This document shows, one piece after another, positions 9,615 to 20,048 of a DNA stretch of 64,000 nucleotides. The position numbers and the translations under genes were made by a program. Under the pieces are notes generated by a model. That model did no database searches. It had not been told where the DNA came from and worked only from the letters and a program-made list of their open reading frames with translations. This stretch comes from Fibrobacteria bacterium (GTDB taxonomy: Bacteria; Fibrobacterota; Fibrobacteria; UBA11236), in the NCBI GenBank assembly GCA_043745805.1, contig JAYTSD010000006.1, positions 64,001-128,000 of the forward strand, given 5' to 3'. Positions within the stretch are counted from its first letter, which is position 1. Each line of letters begins with the position of its first letter.

Positions 9615-11246
9615 ATGAGTTCTAATCAACAACCTCGCCAAAATATTTTTGCTTCTGCTTGGTCGCAAATACGGCAGGGAAATGCAACTTTGCTCGTGAT
9701 TTTGTCCATGTCCGGTTTCGTTTTGTTTTGGATATTTTCTTCACAAACATTGAATACTGTCAAGGTGAATGGTGAAATGTATAAGAATATTGTGCGCGGT
9801 AAGGATTTGATTGCCGATATTCTCCCTCCTCCTGAATATATACTCGAATCGTATTTGGTGGTTTTACAATTATGTGATGAAACGGATCCAGCAAAGCTGC
9901 AACAACTTTTCGATAAAAGTAAATCCTTGAAAAAAGATTTTTTAGATAGGCATGCTTATTGGGATGGTGATTTGCCCGCAAACGAAATGCGCACGACATT
10001 GTTAGAAACGTCATATGCACCAGCAATGGAGTTTTATAAAATTCGCGATGAGCAATTTTTACCGCTCATTCAAGCTGGAAAAAAAGCAGAAGCTAAGGCC
10101 TTAGCCGCAGGATCCATGAAAGTGGTATATGAAGCGCATCGTCAGGCAATTGATAAAGTGGTGGCCTTGTCCACCGAGCATAATTCGGCCTATGAAGCCT
10201 CAGCTAATGGCTTAATCAAAAAGCGTACACTCATGTTAACATTACTCGGGTTTTTTATTTTGGTGGTAAATGTATTTGGTTTTGTAACTATGCGTAAGGT
10301 TATTGCGCAACAATTGAAAGAATTGTTAGCCGCACTTAATGCTTTGGGTGAAGGCAATCTTACTTATAAATTAAATATGGTCGAAGGATCAGAGTTTGGT
10401 AAAATTGGAAAATCATTAAATCGCGGTATGGAAAAAGTGGCGGATACGATTAAAACTATTCGCCATAATGCGGATTTATTGTCGGGTTATGCACAAAATA
10501 TGTTGAAAGAAAATTTAGAAATTGGAAGCTCCATTCAAAAAATCTCCAGCCAAGCCAAGCATGTGTCGGACAATGCGGAACAAGTGGGACGAGACTCACA
10601 AACATTAGCCGCCGGTACTGAAGAAATGACGGCGAGTATTAAAGAAATTTCTCGTAATACGTCTTCTGCCTCTGAAGTGGTATCGGGCATGGTTTCCAAA
10701 TTACAATTAACGGATACCGGTGTGACCAAGCTCAGAGAAAGTAGTGAACAAATTGGGCAATTCATAACGGAAATTACCGCGATAGCCGAGCAAACCAATT
10801 TATTGGCTTTGAATGCCACCATTGAAGCAGCACGCGCAGGTGAGTCCGGTAAAGGCTTTGCTGTGGTGGCGAGTGAAGTAAAAGAATTGGCTAAAGCCAC
10901 GGCTAAGGCTTCGGATGAAATTATTCGTCGTATAACAGTTATTCAAAGTGATACTCAAGGTGCTGCCAATAATATTCGCGATATTCGTTTGATTGTTGGC
11001 AATGTGCATGATTACCAAAGTTCCATAGCAAGTGCCGTGGAAGAGCAAAGTGTCACGACTTCGGAAATGAGTGGTAACATTAATGCTTCGGCCCAAAATA
11101 GTATTGAAATTGCTAATACGGTAACAGCGCTTGCTGAATCGATGGGTGATACTGCCAAAGGTGCCGAAAAAAATAGTGAAGCGGCTAAAAAATTAACCGC
11201 CATGGCTACTGAATTAAAAACTTTAGTCGGCCAGTTCCAATGTTGA
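9615..11246 (+). CDS. Methyl-accepting chemotaxis protein (2 TM, helical periplasmic sensor, HAMP)
   Basis: [37 protein letters not shown] signalling hairpin; GGAG RBS before ATG 9615. Confidence 0.93.
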   Translation: MSSNQQPRQNIFASAWSQIRQGNATLLVILSMSGFVLFWIFSSQTLNTVKVNGEMYKNIVRGKDLIADILPPPEYILESYLVVLQLCDETDPAKLQQLFDKSKSLKKDFLDRHAYWDGDLPANEMRTTLLETSYAPAMEFYKIRDEQFLPLIQAGKKAEAKALAAGSMKVVYEAHRQAIDKVVALSTEHNSAYEASANGLIKKRTLMLTLLGFFILVVNVFGFVTMRKVIAQQLKELLAALNALGEGNLTYKLNMVEGSEFGKIGKSLNRGMEKVADTIKTIRHNADLLSGYAQNMLKENLEIGSSIQKISSQAKHVSDNAEQVGRDSQTLAAGTEEMTASIKEISRNTSSASEVVSGMVSKLQLTDTGVTKLRESSEQIGQFITEITAIAEQTNLLALNATIEAARAGESGKGFAVVASEVKELAKATAKASDEIIRRITVIQSDTQGAANNIRDIRLIVGNVHDYQSSIASAVEEQSVTTSEMSGNINASAQNSIEIANTVTALAESMGDTAKGAEKNSEAAKKLTAMATELKTLVGQFQC

Positions 11247-11251
11247 TTTTT

Positions 11252-12955
11252 TTAGCGTAATAATAACCACAGCTCAATACTTGCTGCGAGTGTCGTTAGC
11301 CCAGCAAGTAATTTCCATACCAGCAAGGGATTGCGTTCGAGTAGAGGACGGAATACCGGCGCATGGACAACTTCTTCCTGTTTTTCCAAATGAAATTGTA
11401 ATTCCGATACCGACTCATATCTTTTTTTAGGATCCGCTTCCGTAGCTTTTTGTAATGCCGCTTCCAACCAAAAAGGGGTTTCGGGACGAAAGCGTGAAGG
11501 CGGAATCCATCGAATAAAACGTGGGGAAGAAAAGGGTTCGATTTCCCCATACGGATATTTGCGGGTTAATAATTCATAAAGGGTAACTCCTAAAGCATAA
11601 ATATCCGACTGTACCGAAGTTCTATCTCCACGAAAAACCTCGGGAGCCATATAGCTTGGGGTTCCCGGGGCTGAGAAAGCTAATCCCTCGCCGGTAATGG
11701 GTTGCAAGCCATCCACTTGAATAATTCCCAAATCCATAATTTTAACTTTGCCATTACGATCGATAAAAATATTGTCGGGTTTAATATCGCGATGCACAAT
11801 ATCCTTGCTATGCAAAACATGTAAACCTTTACAAATTTGCAAACCAATTTGTACTACTTCATCCGCCGAAAAATAATGCCCACGCTTGATACGCTGGCGT
11901 AAAGTTTCGCCTTGATAAAACGGCATTGCATAATATAAACAGGATCGTCGGCCCGAAGTAATAGGTAACACGGGTATGACATATTCACTATAAATACGTT
12001 TGCCTACCCATTCCTCGCGGAGAAATCGATCGATAAACACTTTATCATCGCGAAAACGGGGATGCGGAAATTTGAGCGCCACACTTTCGCCGGTACGGGT
12101 ATCTTCCGCTTGGTAGATGGAGGCCATATAGCCCTCATGCACGGTGCGTAAAATGCGGAAATCATCTAGTATTTGCCCAGGTAACACTGTGGTTGCGAAA
12201 GGTAAATCCGAAGCTTCGCTTTGCAAATCGGCTTCTTGATGTTCTGGAAGGCTTTCAATATGTACGACTTGGGTGGTGATATTATCTTGAGAGCCGAAGC
12301 TAAAGGCGGCATGTACTAATTGATCCGCGGCAGTTTGGGGATCTATTTCTCCTAAGGCAATGGAAAGTAGTTTTTCATCGGGTAGGCATTTGTTTAAACC
12401 ATCTGTGCATAGCACAAAAATATCGCCGATTTTAAGTTCGTCTTGAAAAAAATCAGCATGAATATGACTGTCTAAACCAATTGCACGCGAAACCACATTA
12501 CGCATTTCGGGATGATCCCAAACATGATCTTGAGTTAATAATTTTATTTGTTTATTACGAATTAAATAGATGCGACTATCGCCTACATGCGAGACAAAAT
12601 AACGATGGCCCTTAATGATTAAAGCCGAAAATGTAGTGGCGGCACCCCCGCGACTTTGTTCAGCTTTTTCCGGTTGATAAATACTTTGATTGAGTTGGGT
12701 TAAAATTTGTTCAACGCATTTTTGAATACTCCATGTGTCAGGAGTACTATAATAATCAGCAAGAAAATTTTTTACCGATTTCTCGGCAGCAGCTCTGCCA
12801 CCATGGCCAATACCCACACCATCGGCTACCACAACGGCCACACCCTTTGATTGCAGGGCATCGCCTTCGGGTGTTACGCAACCATAAAAATCTTCATTGC
12901 CTTGTCGACGCCCTTGAGAGGAATGGACACCAAGAGCGACTTTTAATTTTTTCAA
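11252..12955 (-). CDS. Bifunctional PP2C-type phosphatase / Ser-Thr protein kinase with C-terminal membrane anchor
   Basis: PP2C motifs NED, VADG, HVGDSR, LCTDG and DNIT; kinase motifs VALK, HRDIKPDN, DLG and GTPSYMAPE. TTG start overlaps the MFS stop (TTGA). Confidence 0.9.
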   Translation of the reverse strand: MKKLKVALGVHSSQGRRQGNEDFYGCVTPEGDALQSKGVAVVVADGVGIGHGGRAAAEKSVKNFLADYYSTPDTWSIQKCVEQILTQLNQSIYQPEKAEQSRGGAATTFSALIIKGHRYFVSHVGDSRIYLIRNKQIKLLTQDHVWDHPEMRNVVSRAIGLDSHIHADFFQDELKIGDIFVLCTDGLNKCLPDEKLLSIALGEIDPQTAADQLVHAAFSFGSQDNITTQVVHIESLPEHQEADLQSEASDLPFATTVLPGQILDDFRILRTVHEGYMASIYQAEDTRTGESVALKFPHPRFRDDKVFIDRFLREEWVGKRIYSEYVIPVLPITSGRRSCLYYAMPFYQGETLRQRIKRGHYFSADEVVQIGLQICKGLHVLHSKDIVHRDIKPDNIFIDRNGKVKIMDLGIIQVDGLQPITGEGLAFSAPGTPSYMAPEVFRGDRTSVQSDIYALGVTLYELLTRKYPYGEIEPFSSPRFIRWIPPSRFRPETPFWLEAALQKATEADPKKRYESVSELQFHLEKQEEVVHAPVFRPLLERNPLLVWKLLAGLTTLAASIELWLLLR

Positions 12956-14166
12956 ACGCGTGCTTTTGTCACTAAGGGTGAACCCCATGTCGTGCGCCAG
13001 CGTTTTTTAACACTCATTAAACCAATGAAAGCACAAATTCCCATGCCCGCAAAAATAATAAGTCCCATACGATAATCACCGGTATATTGTTTACAAAATC
13101 CTAATGAAGTGGCTAAATAAAATCCGCCCATGCCACCAGCCATTCCGACCAGCCCAGTAAGTACGCCAATTTCACGACGAAAACGTTGGGGGATTAATTG
13201 AAATACGGCACCATTACCCATGCCAAGGCAAGTCATGCACAAAACAAAGAGTACCACAGAAATCCAAAGTATATGTGGAGCAAACGCAATTGTAAGCAAA
13301 CAAGCTGCTACACATAAATAAAGTGTTTGTAAAGATTTTATTCCACCGATTTTATCCGCTAGGTTACCTCCAAAAGGACGGGACATTGATCCCGCAAAAA
13401 CACAAGCCGCGGTTAAATAACCAGCCGTAACTGGCGAGATACCATATTGACTATTGAAATAAATCACTAAGCTCGAAGCCAATCCCACAAAGCCACCAAA
13501 AGTTACGAGATAGAAGAACATAAACCACCAAGCATCCTGGTCCCGTAAAACAGCTAAGTATTGCGAAAGTTTTTTAGGAGGAGGCGCATCAGGCGCATCT
13601 TTAGCGAGTATGGTAAAAATGATGAAAGTTATAGAGAGCGGAATTAAGGCTATTCCAAAAACGGCATTCCAACCATAATGATTGGCTAATAGCGGTGCAA
13701 ATAAAGCAGAAAATACCGTACCCGAATTTCCCGCTCCCGCAATACCCATTGCCAAACCTTGCGATTCGGGAGGATACCAACGTGAGGCCAGCGGCAAAGC
13801 AACGGCAAAGGCAGTCCCTGCTACACCTAATAAGATTCCCATGAAATACATTTCCTGCAAATTATGCAAATGAAATATCCAAGCCCATAATAAGCCAGCA
13901 ATAACTACAACTTGTGTGAGCATGCCGGTTTTTTTAGCGCCAATTTTATCCACGAAAATTCCTATGAAGAGACGCATAATAGCCCCTGCTAATACGGGGA
14001 CTGCGACCATTAAACCTTTTTGCGAAGGGGATAAGCCTAAATCGCGCGCTATGTGCACGCCTAGAGGGCCGAGTAAAACCCAAACCATAAAACTCATGTC
14101 AAAATAAAGAAATGCAGAAAATAATGTTGCCGGATGGCCCGCTTTCATAAAGCTTTTGATATTCAC
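12952..14166 (-). CDS. NarK/NasA family nitrate/nitrite MFS transporter
   Basis: FLYFDMSFMVW, GIAGAGNSG, FYLVTFGGFVG and GMGNGAVFQ nitrate-signature-like motifs. Confidence 0.92.
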   Translation of the reverse strand: MNIKSFMKAGHPATLFSAFLYFDMSFMVWVLLGPLGVHIARDLGLSPSQKGLMVAVPVLAGAIMRLFIGIFVDKIGAKKTGMLTQVVVIAGLLWAWIFHLHNLQEMYFMGILLGVAGTAFAVALPLASRWYPPESQGLAMGIAGAGNSGTVFSALFAPLLANHYGWNAVFGIALIPLSITFIIFTILAKDAPDAPPPKKLSQYLAVLRDQDAWWFMFFYLVTFGGFVGLASSLVIYFNSQYGISPVTAGYLTAACVFAGSMSRPFGGNLADKIGGIKSLQTLYLCVAACLLTIAFAPHILWISVVLFVLCMTCLGMGNGAVFQLIPQRFRREIGVLTGLVGMAGGMGGFYLATSLGFCKQYTGDYRMGLIIFAGMGICAFIGLMSVKKRWRTTWGSPLVTKARV

Positions 14167-14204
14167 GATTCAACCCCTAAAATTCATTTGTTGCTGTTTG
14201 AGAA

Positions 14205-14220
14205 AGCAAACCTTAGGCCA
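14205..14220 (-). promoter_or_regulatory. sigma54 -24/-12 promoter of the MFS/kinase operon
   Basis: Minus-strand TGGCCTAAGGTTTGCT (GG-N10-GC spacing). Confidence 0.75.
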
Positions 14221-14429
14221 TTAATTTTTCTTCTGCTTTACAAATGTCTAAATAACCTGAATAAATTGGCTTAAATTGATAATTATCGTTTAAAATTGGC
14301 CATTGTAAAAAATACCATTAGTTCTGGTAGGGTAATTTATTGTCATTTGTTGTTAAACAATAAAAGACAATTGTCGACAATCAAAGTTAATTAAAGACCA
14401 CAAACCCATGATACACGTGGTTTACAGAG

Positions 14430-14445
14430 TGGTACAAAATTTGCG
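14430..14445 (+). promoter_or_regulatory. sigma54 -24/-12 promoter of the nirA operon
   Basis: TGGTACAAAATTTGCG (GG-N10-GC spacing), 87 nt before ATG 14533. Confidence 0.72.
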
Positions 14446-14468
14446 TTACCTAATTTTGGTTTTACAAC

Positions 14469-14502
14469 CCAACCGATTCCGGTCTGCCCGGGCTTTTGGA
14501 CG
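14469..14502 (+). promoter_or_regulatory. Conserved structured 5'-leader element, copy 2 (nirA leader)
   Basis: CCAACCGATTCCGGTCTGCCCGGGCTTTTGGACG, 30/34 identical to the reverse complement of 7082-7115. Confidence 0.75.
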
Positions 14503-14532
14503 ACGACTCAATGCTTATTCAGGAGTACGCCC

Positions 14533-16404
14533 ATGGCAACGGAAAACACAACTCAAACATTTGTTTCGCCAATATCCCAAATGCATGCAAGCACGGCCAA
14601 TCAAGGCTCTCCAGTTATTGCAGGAAAAGATTTTTCGTCTGAACAAAAAGAATATCTCGATGGTTTTTTTAGGGGTTTGCTATCGACATCCCTAAATGTG
14701 AACGGGGTAAATCGCAATTCAACCACTGCCATTACGACTGCTACTATTCCTTATGGTGAAGCCGAAGCCATTGGTTATAAGGCGCAATTGGCTTGGACGG
14801 ATGCAGGTAAAAAATTAAGTAAAGAAGAACAAATAAAATTTGCAGCCAATCCTCTTGATAGCTGGGGAAAGATTCGCGCCTTATCAGTAGAAGGCCAGTT
14901 GCCGCAAGGGCCGGACATTTTCCATTTCAAATATCACGGTCTCTTCAATGTTAGCCCTGCGCAAGAAAGTATGATGTGTCGTATGCGGCTTCCAGGCGGT
15001 GTACTTAAATCCTATCAGCTCGAAGGCATTGCTAATGCTGCCGAAAATTTTGGTGGAGGCTATGCGCATATTACTACGCGCGCAAATTTTCAAATTCGTG
15101 AAATACCCGCAACCGGTATGGAACCTTTGCTTACAACCTTACATGAAGTAGGTATTGTGCCACGGGGATCGGGTGCCGATAATATTCGCAATGTAACCGG
15201 CAATCCCACGGCAGGCATTGATAAGCAAGAGTTTTATGATGTTTTGCCTTTATGCAAAGAATTGCATCATTACATTCTCAATCATCGTGAAATGTACGGT
15301 TTACCGCGCAAGTTCAATGTGGCTTTTGATGGGGGCAATTCCATTGCCGCCTTAGAAGAGACTAATGATATTGGTTTTAAAGCCGTAAAGGTATTCTCGG
15401 GGGCGGGTTCGGGACATGAGTTTGCAACAGGCGTTTATTTTCGCGTCGCGTTAGGCGGCATTACCGGCCACAAAGATTTTGCCCGTGACACAGGTCTTTT
15501 ATTAAAACCGGAAGAATGTTTGCCAGTTACAGTGGCGATGATCAAAGTATTCATTGCCAATGGTGATAGAGGACAACGCGGCAAGGCGCGCTTAAAATAT
15601 GTATTGGATAAATGGGGCTTTGCCAAATTTTTAGAGGAAACACAGAAGTTACTCCCCTTTCCCTTAAATTATTTAGCCGCCGAAAAATGTGAATTTGCTC
15701 CGGCCATTGATAAACTCGCGCATGTAGGCATACATACCCAAAAACAAAAGGGACTTAGCTATATTGGGATTCATACGCCGGTGGGTCGCTTGAGCGTTAA
15801 ACAAATGCGCGACCTCGCAAGCATTGCGCAACAATTTGGTTCGGGAACTATTCGCTTAACGGTTTGGCAGAATTTAATCCTTTCGGACATTTCAAATAGC
15901 CAAGTGCCACAAGCTCTACAGGCATTGGAAGCAGCGGGCTTTGCATATCAACCGAATATGGTGCTTGCAGGCTTAGTCTCTTGCACGGGTGCCGAAGGTT
16001 GCAAGTTTGGTATGGCTGCCACCAAAAGCACCGCAGTGGTTCTGGCGGAATATTTAAATGGTAAGGTGGATTTGGATCAACCTGTGAATATTCATTTAAC
16101 CGGTTGTCCGCATTCTTGCGCACAACATTATATCGGAGATATTGGTCTATTAGCTACTTCTGCGGAAGTGAACGGAGAAAAAGTAGGTGCCTTCCATATT
16201 TATGTGGGCGGCGGTTATGCCGCTGAAAGAGGTATCGCACGACAAATTATGAAAGCGATTCCTATTACCACACTTCCGCAAACTTTAGAATTTGTTTTGA
16301 AAACCTATTTACAAAAACGCAAAGGCTCCGAAAGTTTTGCGGCATTTACTCAACAACTCGAAGAAACAGATTTGCTCACCATGTTCACACTAGCGCAAGC
16401 ATAA
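14533..16404 (+). CDS. nirA: Siroheme/4Fe-4S nitrite reductase, NirA family
   Basis: HITTRANFQIR, GADNIRN, LPRKFN; ligand motifs CTGAEGC and GCPHSC; nitrate cluster context. Confidence 0.88.
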   Translation: MATENTTQTFVSPISQMHASTANQGSPVIAGKDFSSEQKEYLDGFFRGLLSTSLNVNGVNRNSTTAITTATIPYGEAEAIGYKAQLAWTDAGKKLSKEEQIKFAANPLDSWGKIRALSVEGQLPQGPDIFHFKYHGLFNVSPAQESMMCRMRLPGGVLKSYQLEGIANAAENFGGGYAHITTRANFQIREIPATGMEPLLTTLHEVGIVPRGSGADNIRNVTGNPTAGIDKQEFYDVLPLCKELHHYILNHREMYGLPRKFNVAFDGGNSIAALEETNDIGFKAVKVFSGAGSGHEFATGVYFRVALGGITGHKDFARDTGLLLKPEECLPVTVAMIKVFIANGDRGQRGKARLKYVLDKWGFAKFLEETQKLLPFPLNYLAAEKCEFAPAIDKLAHVGIHTQKQKGLSYIGIHTPVGRLSVKQMRDLASIAQQFGSGTIRLTVWQNLILSDISNSQVPQALQALEAAGFAYQPNMVLAGLVSCTGAEGCKFGMAATKSTAVVLAEYLNGKVDLDQPVNIHLTGCPHSCAQHYIGDIGLLATSAEVNGEKVGAFHIYVGGGYAAERGIARQIMKAIPITTLPQTLEFVLKTYLQKRKGSESFAAFTQQLEETDLLTMFTLAQA

Positions 16405-16424
16405 ATTTTATTTCAAGGATAGCG

Positions 16425-18317
16425 ATGCAATCACCTATTATTCCGGAATCCGCACCCTTTAATTTAGAACAACGTAGTTGGCTGAATGGATTTTTGGCGG
16501 GTTTACAAAATGTGCAAAACCTCAATGGTAATGCAGGATTTTCCTCACAAGAGAGTAGTATCGGACAGGGTACGAGTACCTCGAATGTTATGCGTCAACC
16601 TTTGCTTATTTTATTTGGTTCCCAAAGTGGAAATACTGAGGCTTTGGCTAATGTTATGGCCGATAAAATCAAAGCGGCCTCCTTTGCCGGTATTGCGGGT
16701 GGTCAAGCCTGGGATATTCGCATATTAGGCATGGAAAAATTCAAAGATATTATTTGGGAAAAAGAAAAAGCCATTTTGTTAATGTCAAGCACTTGGGGTG
16801 ACGGGGATATGCCCGATAATGCCATTGATTTTTGGAATTATATGGGTGGAACCGATTTGCCGAATTTAACCGCCTTACATTTTGCAGTATTAGGCTTGGG
16901 CGATAAAAACTATGCACGCTATTGCCAAGCCGGTAAAGAATGGGATAAGCGCTGGGCCGATATAGGGGCGCAACGCTTATTGCCTCTTACCGAATGCGAT
17001 ACCGATTATGAAGCTACTGCGGATACTTGGATTTTACAAGTTACCCAAGCTTTAGAGCCTTTATATGCGATGGGAATTAATACTGATAAAAAAACTAATA
17101 GTACAGCTACTTCCATTGCTTCGACATCAGCTACGGTATCCTTAAAAGGGGAGTCCGCTAAATCAGAAAGCGCGGAAATAAAGTTCGATAAAAAAAATCC
17201 TTTTCCGGCTCCCTTACTCGAGAATCATCCATTAAATGCCAAAGGTTCGGGTAAAGATACCCGTCACATTGCACTTTCCTTAATGGGTAGTGGATTAGAA
17301 TACAAAGTAGGCGATGCCTTAGGAGTTTGTCCCAATAACTGTTATGACTTAACCGATAAAATAATTATCGCACTCAATTGTATGGGTAATGAAAAGGTTA
17401 CACTAAACTCTGGTGAGTCGCTGACTTTAAGAGCCGCCTTGCTCTCCAAATTAGATTTACAAAAAACCTCCTTACCCTTAATTCATGGTTTAGCTAATTG
17501 CTCAGAAAATTCCTCGGAAAAAAAATCTTTGTCGGAATTATTAGGTTCTCAGGATTCCGAAAAAGCAGCGCAATTTTTACAAGGCAAAGATGTACTAAAT
17601 GTATTACAACTTTTCCCTCACACTAAATTGGATCCACAGTTATTAATTTCGGCTCTTGGCAAACTTGGGCCAAGGCTTTATTCAATTTCTTCTTCGCCCA
17701 AAGAAAATATTGATGAAGTGACTTTGACTATTGGCGTGGTGCGTAATATGGTGGAAAATCGTTTGCGCCGAGGTGTATGCTCTACGTTTTTGGCCGAACG
17801 CTTACCCTTAGGCATGACGGCTCCGGTATTTGTGCATAAATCCACTACTTTTGGTTTGCCAACTGAAAATGGTAAACCCATTATTATGGTGGGACCAGGA
17901 ACAGGCATAGCCCCCTTCCGTGCTTTCTTGCAAGAGAGACGTATCACGGGAGATACGGGTAAAAACTGGTTATTCTTTGGTGATCAAAAACGCAATTATG
18001 ATTTCTTATACGCCGAAGAATGTATTGCTTGGCAAGAAGAAGGTTTTTTAAATGAATTGGATTTGGCTTTCTCGCGCGATCAAGAAGAAAAAATTTATGT
18101 ACAAAGTTTAATGCTGCAAAAGTCCAAACAACTTTGGAATTGGTTAGAAGAGGGGGCTTACTTTTATGTCTGTGGCGATGCCAAGCGCATGGCTAAAGAT
18201 GTCGATCACGCTTTGCAAAGCGTGATTAGCAAAGAGGGCGGATTTTCGGAAGACAAAGCTAAAGAATATTTATCTAAGATGAAAGAACAAAAACGCTATC
18301 AGCGCGATGTTTATTAA
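16425..18317 (+). CDS. CysJ-like diflavin NADPH reductase (flavodoxin + FAD/NADPH domains)
   Basis: GSQSGNTE, STWGDGD, RLYSISS, MVGPGTGIAPFR, YVCGDAKRM and RYQRDVY. Confidence 0.9.
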   Translation: MQSPIIPESAPFNLEQRSWLNGFLAGLQNVQNLNGNAGFSSQESSIGQGTSTSNVMRQPLLILFGSQSGNTEALANVMADKIKAASFAGIAGGQAWDIRILGMEKFKDIIWEKEKAILLMSSTWGDGDMPDNAIDFWNYMGGTDLPNLTALHFAVLGLGDKNYARYCQAGKEWDKRWADIGAQRLLPLTECDTDYEATADTWILQVTQALEPLYAMGINTDKKTNSTATSIASTSATVSLKGESAKSESAEIKFDKKNPFPAPLLENHPLNAKGSGKDTRHIALSLMGSGLEYKVGDALGVCPNNCYDLTDKIIIALNCMGNEKVTLNSGESLTLRAALLSKLDLQKTSLPLIHGLANCSENSSEKKSLSELLGSQDSEKAAQFLQGKDVLNVLQLFPHTKLDPQLLISALGKLGPRLYSISSSPKENIDEVTLTIGVVRNMVENRLRRGVCSTFLAERLPLGMTAPVFVHKSTTFGLPTENGKPIIMVGPGTGIAPFRAFLQERRITGDTGKNWLFFGDQKRNYDFLYAEECIAWQEEGFLNELDLAFSRDQEEKIYVQSLMLQKSKQLWNWLEEGAYFYVCGDAKRMAKDVDHALQSVISKEGGFSEDKAKEYLSKMKEQKRYQRDVY

Positions 18318-18320
18318 TTC

Positions 18321-20048
18321 ATGAATGCCAAACCTTTACTTTCCCAGTTTGTTCCCGATGCCGAAGATTTAGTCGGATCGTATTTACAAGAACAAAAAAA
18401 TCTCACTGCTGTGGAACGCTTTTCCATAGCCCATGATAAAGGTTTGGATAAAGATTTAGTACATCCGGCTCAATCCAAATATTATTTGGATTTGTTACCG
18501 TTAGAAAAACCCAAACCCGGTGAGCAATATGCTTTTGAAGTTGATCTCGATCGCTGTTCGGGCTGTAAAGCCTGTGTTACGGCTTGCCATAATTTAAATG
18601 GCTTGGATGAAAATGAAACTTGGCGTTCTGTCGGATTAATTCATAATGTATATGGAAAGCCTCTGCAACAAACCGTAACTACCGCTTGCCATCATTGTAT
18701 TGAACCTGCTTGTGCACATGGCTGTCCGGTTAAGGCTTATGAAAAAGATCCTATTACTGGCATAGTTAAACATTTAGACGATCAATGTATCGGCTGTGAA
18801 TATTGCATTTTAAAATGCCCGTATGATGTACCTCAATATCATGAAGAAAAAGGCATTGTACGTAAATGTGATATGTGTGTTGGTCGCTTGGAAGTAGGCG
18901 AAGCGCCTGCTTGTGTACAGGCTTGCCCCACCAAAGCCATTCGCATTCAAATTGTCAATCAAGCTATTGTGCGTCAACAACCCGAAGCTTATGGAAACCT
19001 TCCTACTGCTCCCGATTCAACCTATACCCATCCGACCACGGTTTATAAATCCACAAGAGTATTTCCCGACAATATGCGCGCAGGCGATGCCTTTGTGGTG
19101 AAGCGCGAGAAGGCGCATTCGCCTTTGGCTTGGATGTTAGTACTTTCGCAAATGGCGGCAGGTCTTTTTGCTGGCCATTTATTATTACTTAAGTTTGCGC
19201 CACAAGTGTTAACTTCTGGGTTAACCTTGGCACTTTCGGGTTTGGGCTTTTTAATTATGGCGGTGGCAATTGTTGTCAGTGTTTTGCATTTGGGTCGCCC
19301 GCTCTATGCCTTTCGGGCCATTATTGGTTTTCGTCGCTCTTGGCTTTCGCGCGAGATTGTGGCTTTTGGATTAGTTTTGACTTTAGCCGGTTTTAACTTG
19401 CTCACCCTCATCTTACTGCAATTCATGCCTCAGTTTTTGTTTCAATTTTCACCCTTCAAGCTATTGCAAATTAAACAAATTTTGGAGTTAACTCGTGTGT
19501 TACTTACCATTGCAGGCGTGCTGGCGGTGTTTACTTCCGTGATGGTTTATTTTGATACGCCCAGAGTTTTATGGAAAACCCGCTTTACCTTTTTACGCTT
19601 TTATGCTACTGCAGGGTTATTAGGGGGAACATTACTAGCTCTGACGGTTTCTCTTTTTCATTTAGGTTTGGAAAATTCCAAAATAATTTTAGCCTCTCCC
19701 GCATTACATGTGGTGATGGGAATGGTTATAGTTTTGCAAATATTCAAACTGATTGGTGAAGCTGGTTTACAAAATCATGCCGATGACGAAAATCATTTGC
19801 CGCTAAAAAAAGCTTTGCACTTGATAAAGAGCGAATTGTCTTTCCATTGGAATGCGCGTCTTTATTGCGGAATTTTCGGTGGCTTATTATTACCTATTTG
19901 TTGGTTATATGGTGCGAATACATTTTCCTTAGTTGTGCAAATAGGAATTTTGACCTTAGCTTTCACATTACTTTTTTGCGGTGAATTTTTAGAACGGTCT
20001 CTCTTTTTTATGACTTGCGTACCTCCGCGTATGCCAGGAGTTGGATAA
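18321..20048 (+). CDS. Four-cluster Fe-S protein (DmsB-like) fused to a DmsC-type membrane anchor
   Basis: [35 protein letters not shown] and [12 protein letters not shown]; then about 8 hydrophobic segments with HLGRP and SWLSREI. Confidence 0.85.
   Translation: MNAKPLLSQFVPDAEDLVGSYLQEQKNLTAVERFSIAHDKGLDKDLVHPAQSKYYLDLLPLEKPKPGEQYAFEVDLDRCSGCKACVTACHNLNGLDENETWRSVGLIHNVYGKPLQQTVTTACHHCIEPACAHGCPVKAYEKDPITGIVKHLDDQCIGCEYCILKCPYDVPQYHEEKGIVRKCDMCVGRLEVGEAPACVQACPTKAIRIQIVNQAIVRQQPEAYGNLPTAPDSTYTHPTTVYKSTRVFPDNMRAGDAFVVKREKAHSPLAWMLVLSQMAAGLFAGHLLLLKFAPQVLTSGLTLALSGLGFLIMAVAIVVSVLHLGRPLYAFRAIIGFRRSWLSREIVAFGLVLTLAGFNLLTLILLQFMPQFLFQFSPFKLLQIKQILELTRVLLTIAGVLAVFTSVMVYFDTPRVLWKTRFTFLRFYATAGLLGGTLLALTVSLFHLGLENSKIILASPALHVVMGMVIVLQIFKLIGEAGLQNHADDENHLPLKKALHLIKSELSFHWNARLYCGIFGGLLLPICWLYGANTFSLVVQIGILTLAFTLLFCGEFLERSLFFMTCVPPRMPGVG

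Noticed and set aside
14408-14695. 95-aa ORF overlapping the nirA start
   Set aside because: Begins upstream of the sigma54 promoter and runs out of frame into nirA; likely spurious.
14533-18317. Sulfite reductase CysIJ for sulfur assimilation
   Set aside because: No cys genes nearby, and the nitrate transporter/reductase context favours nitrite reduction. Substrate is not proven.
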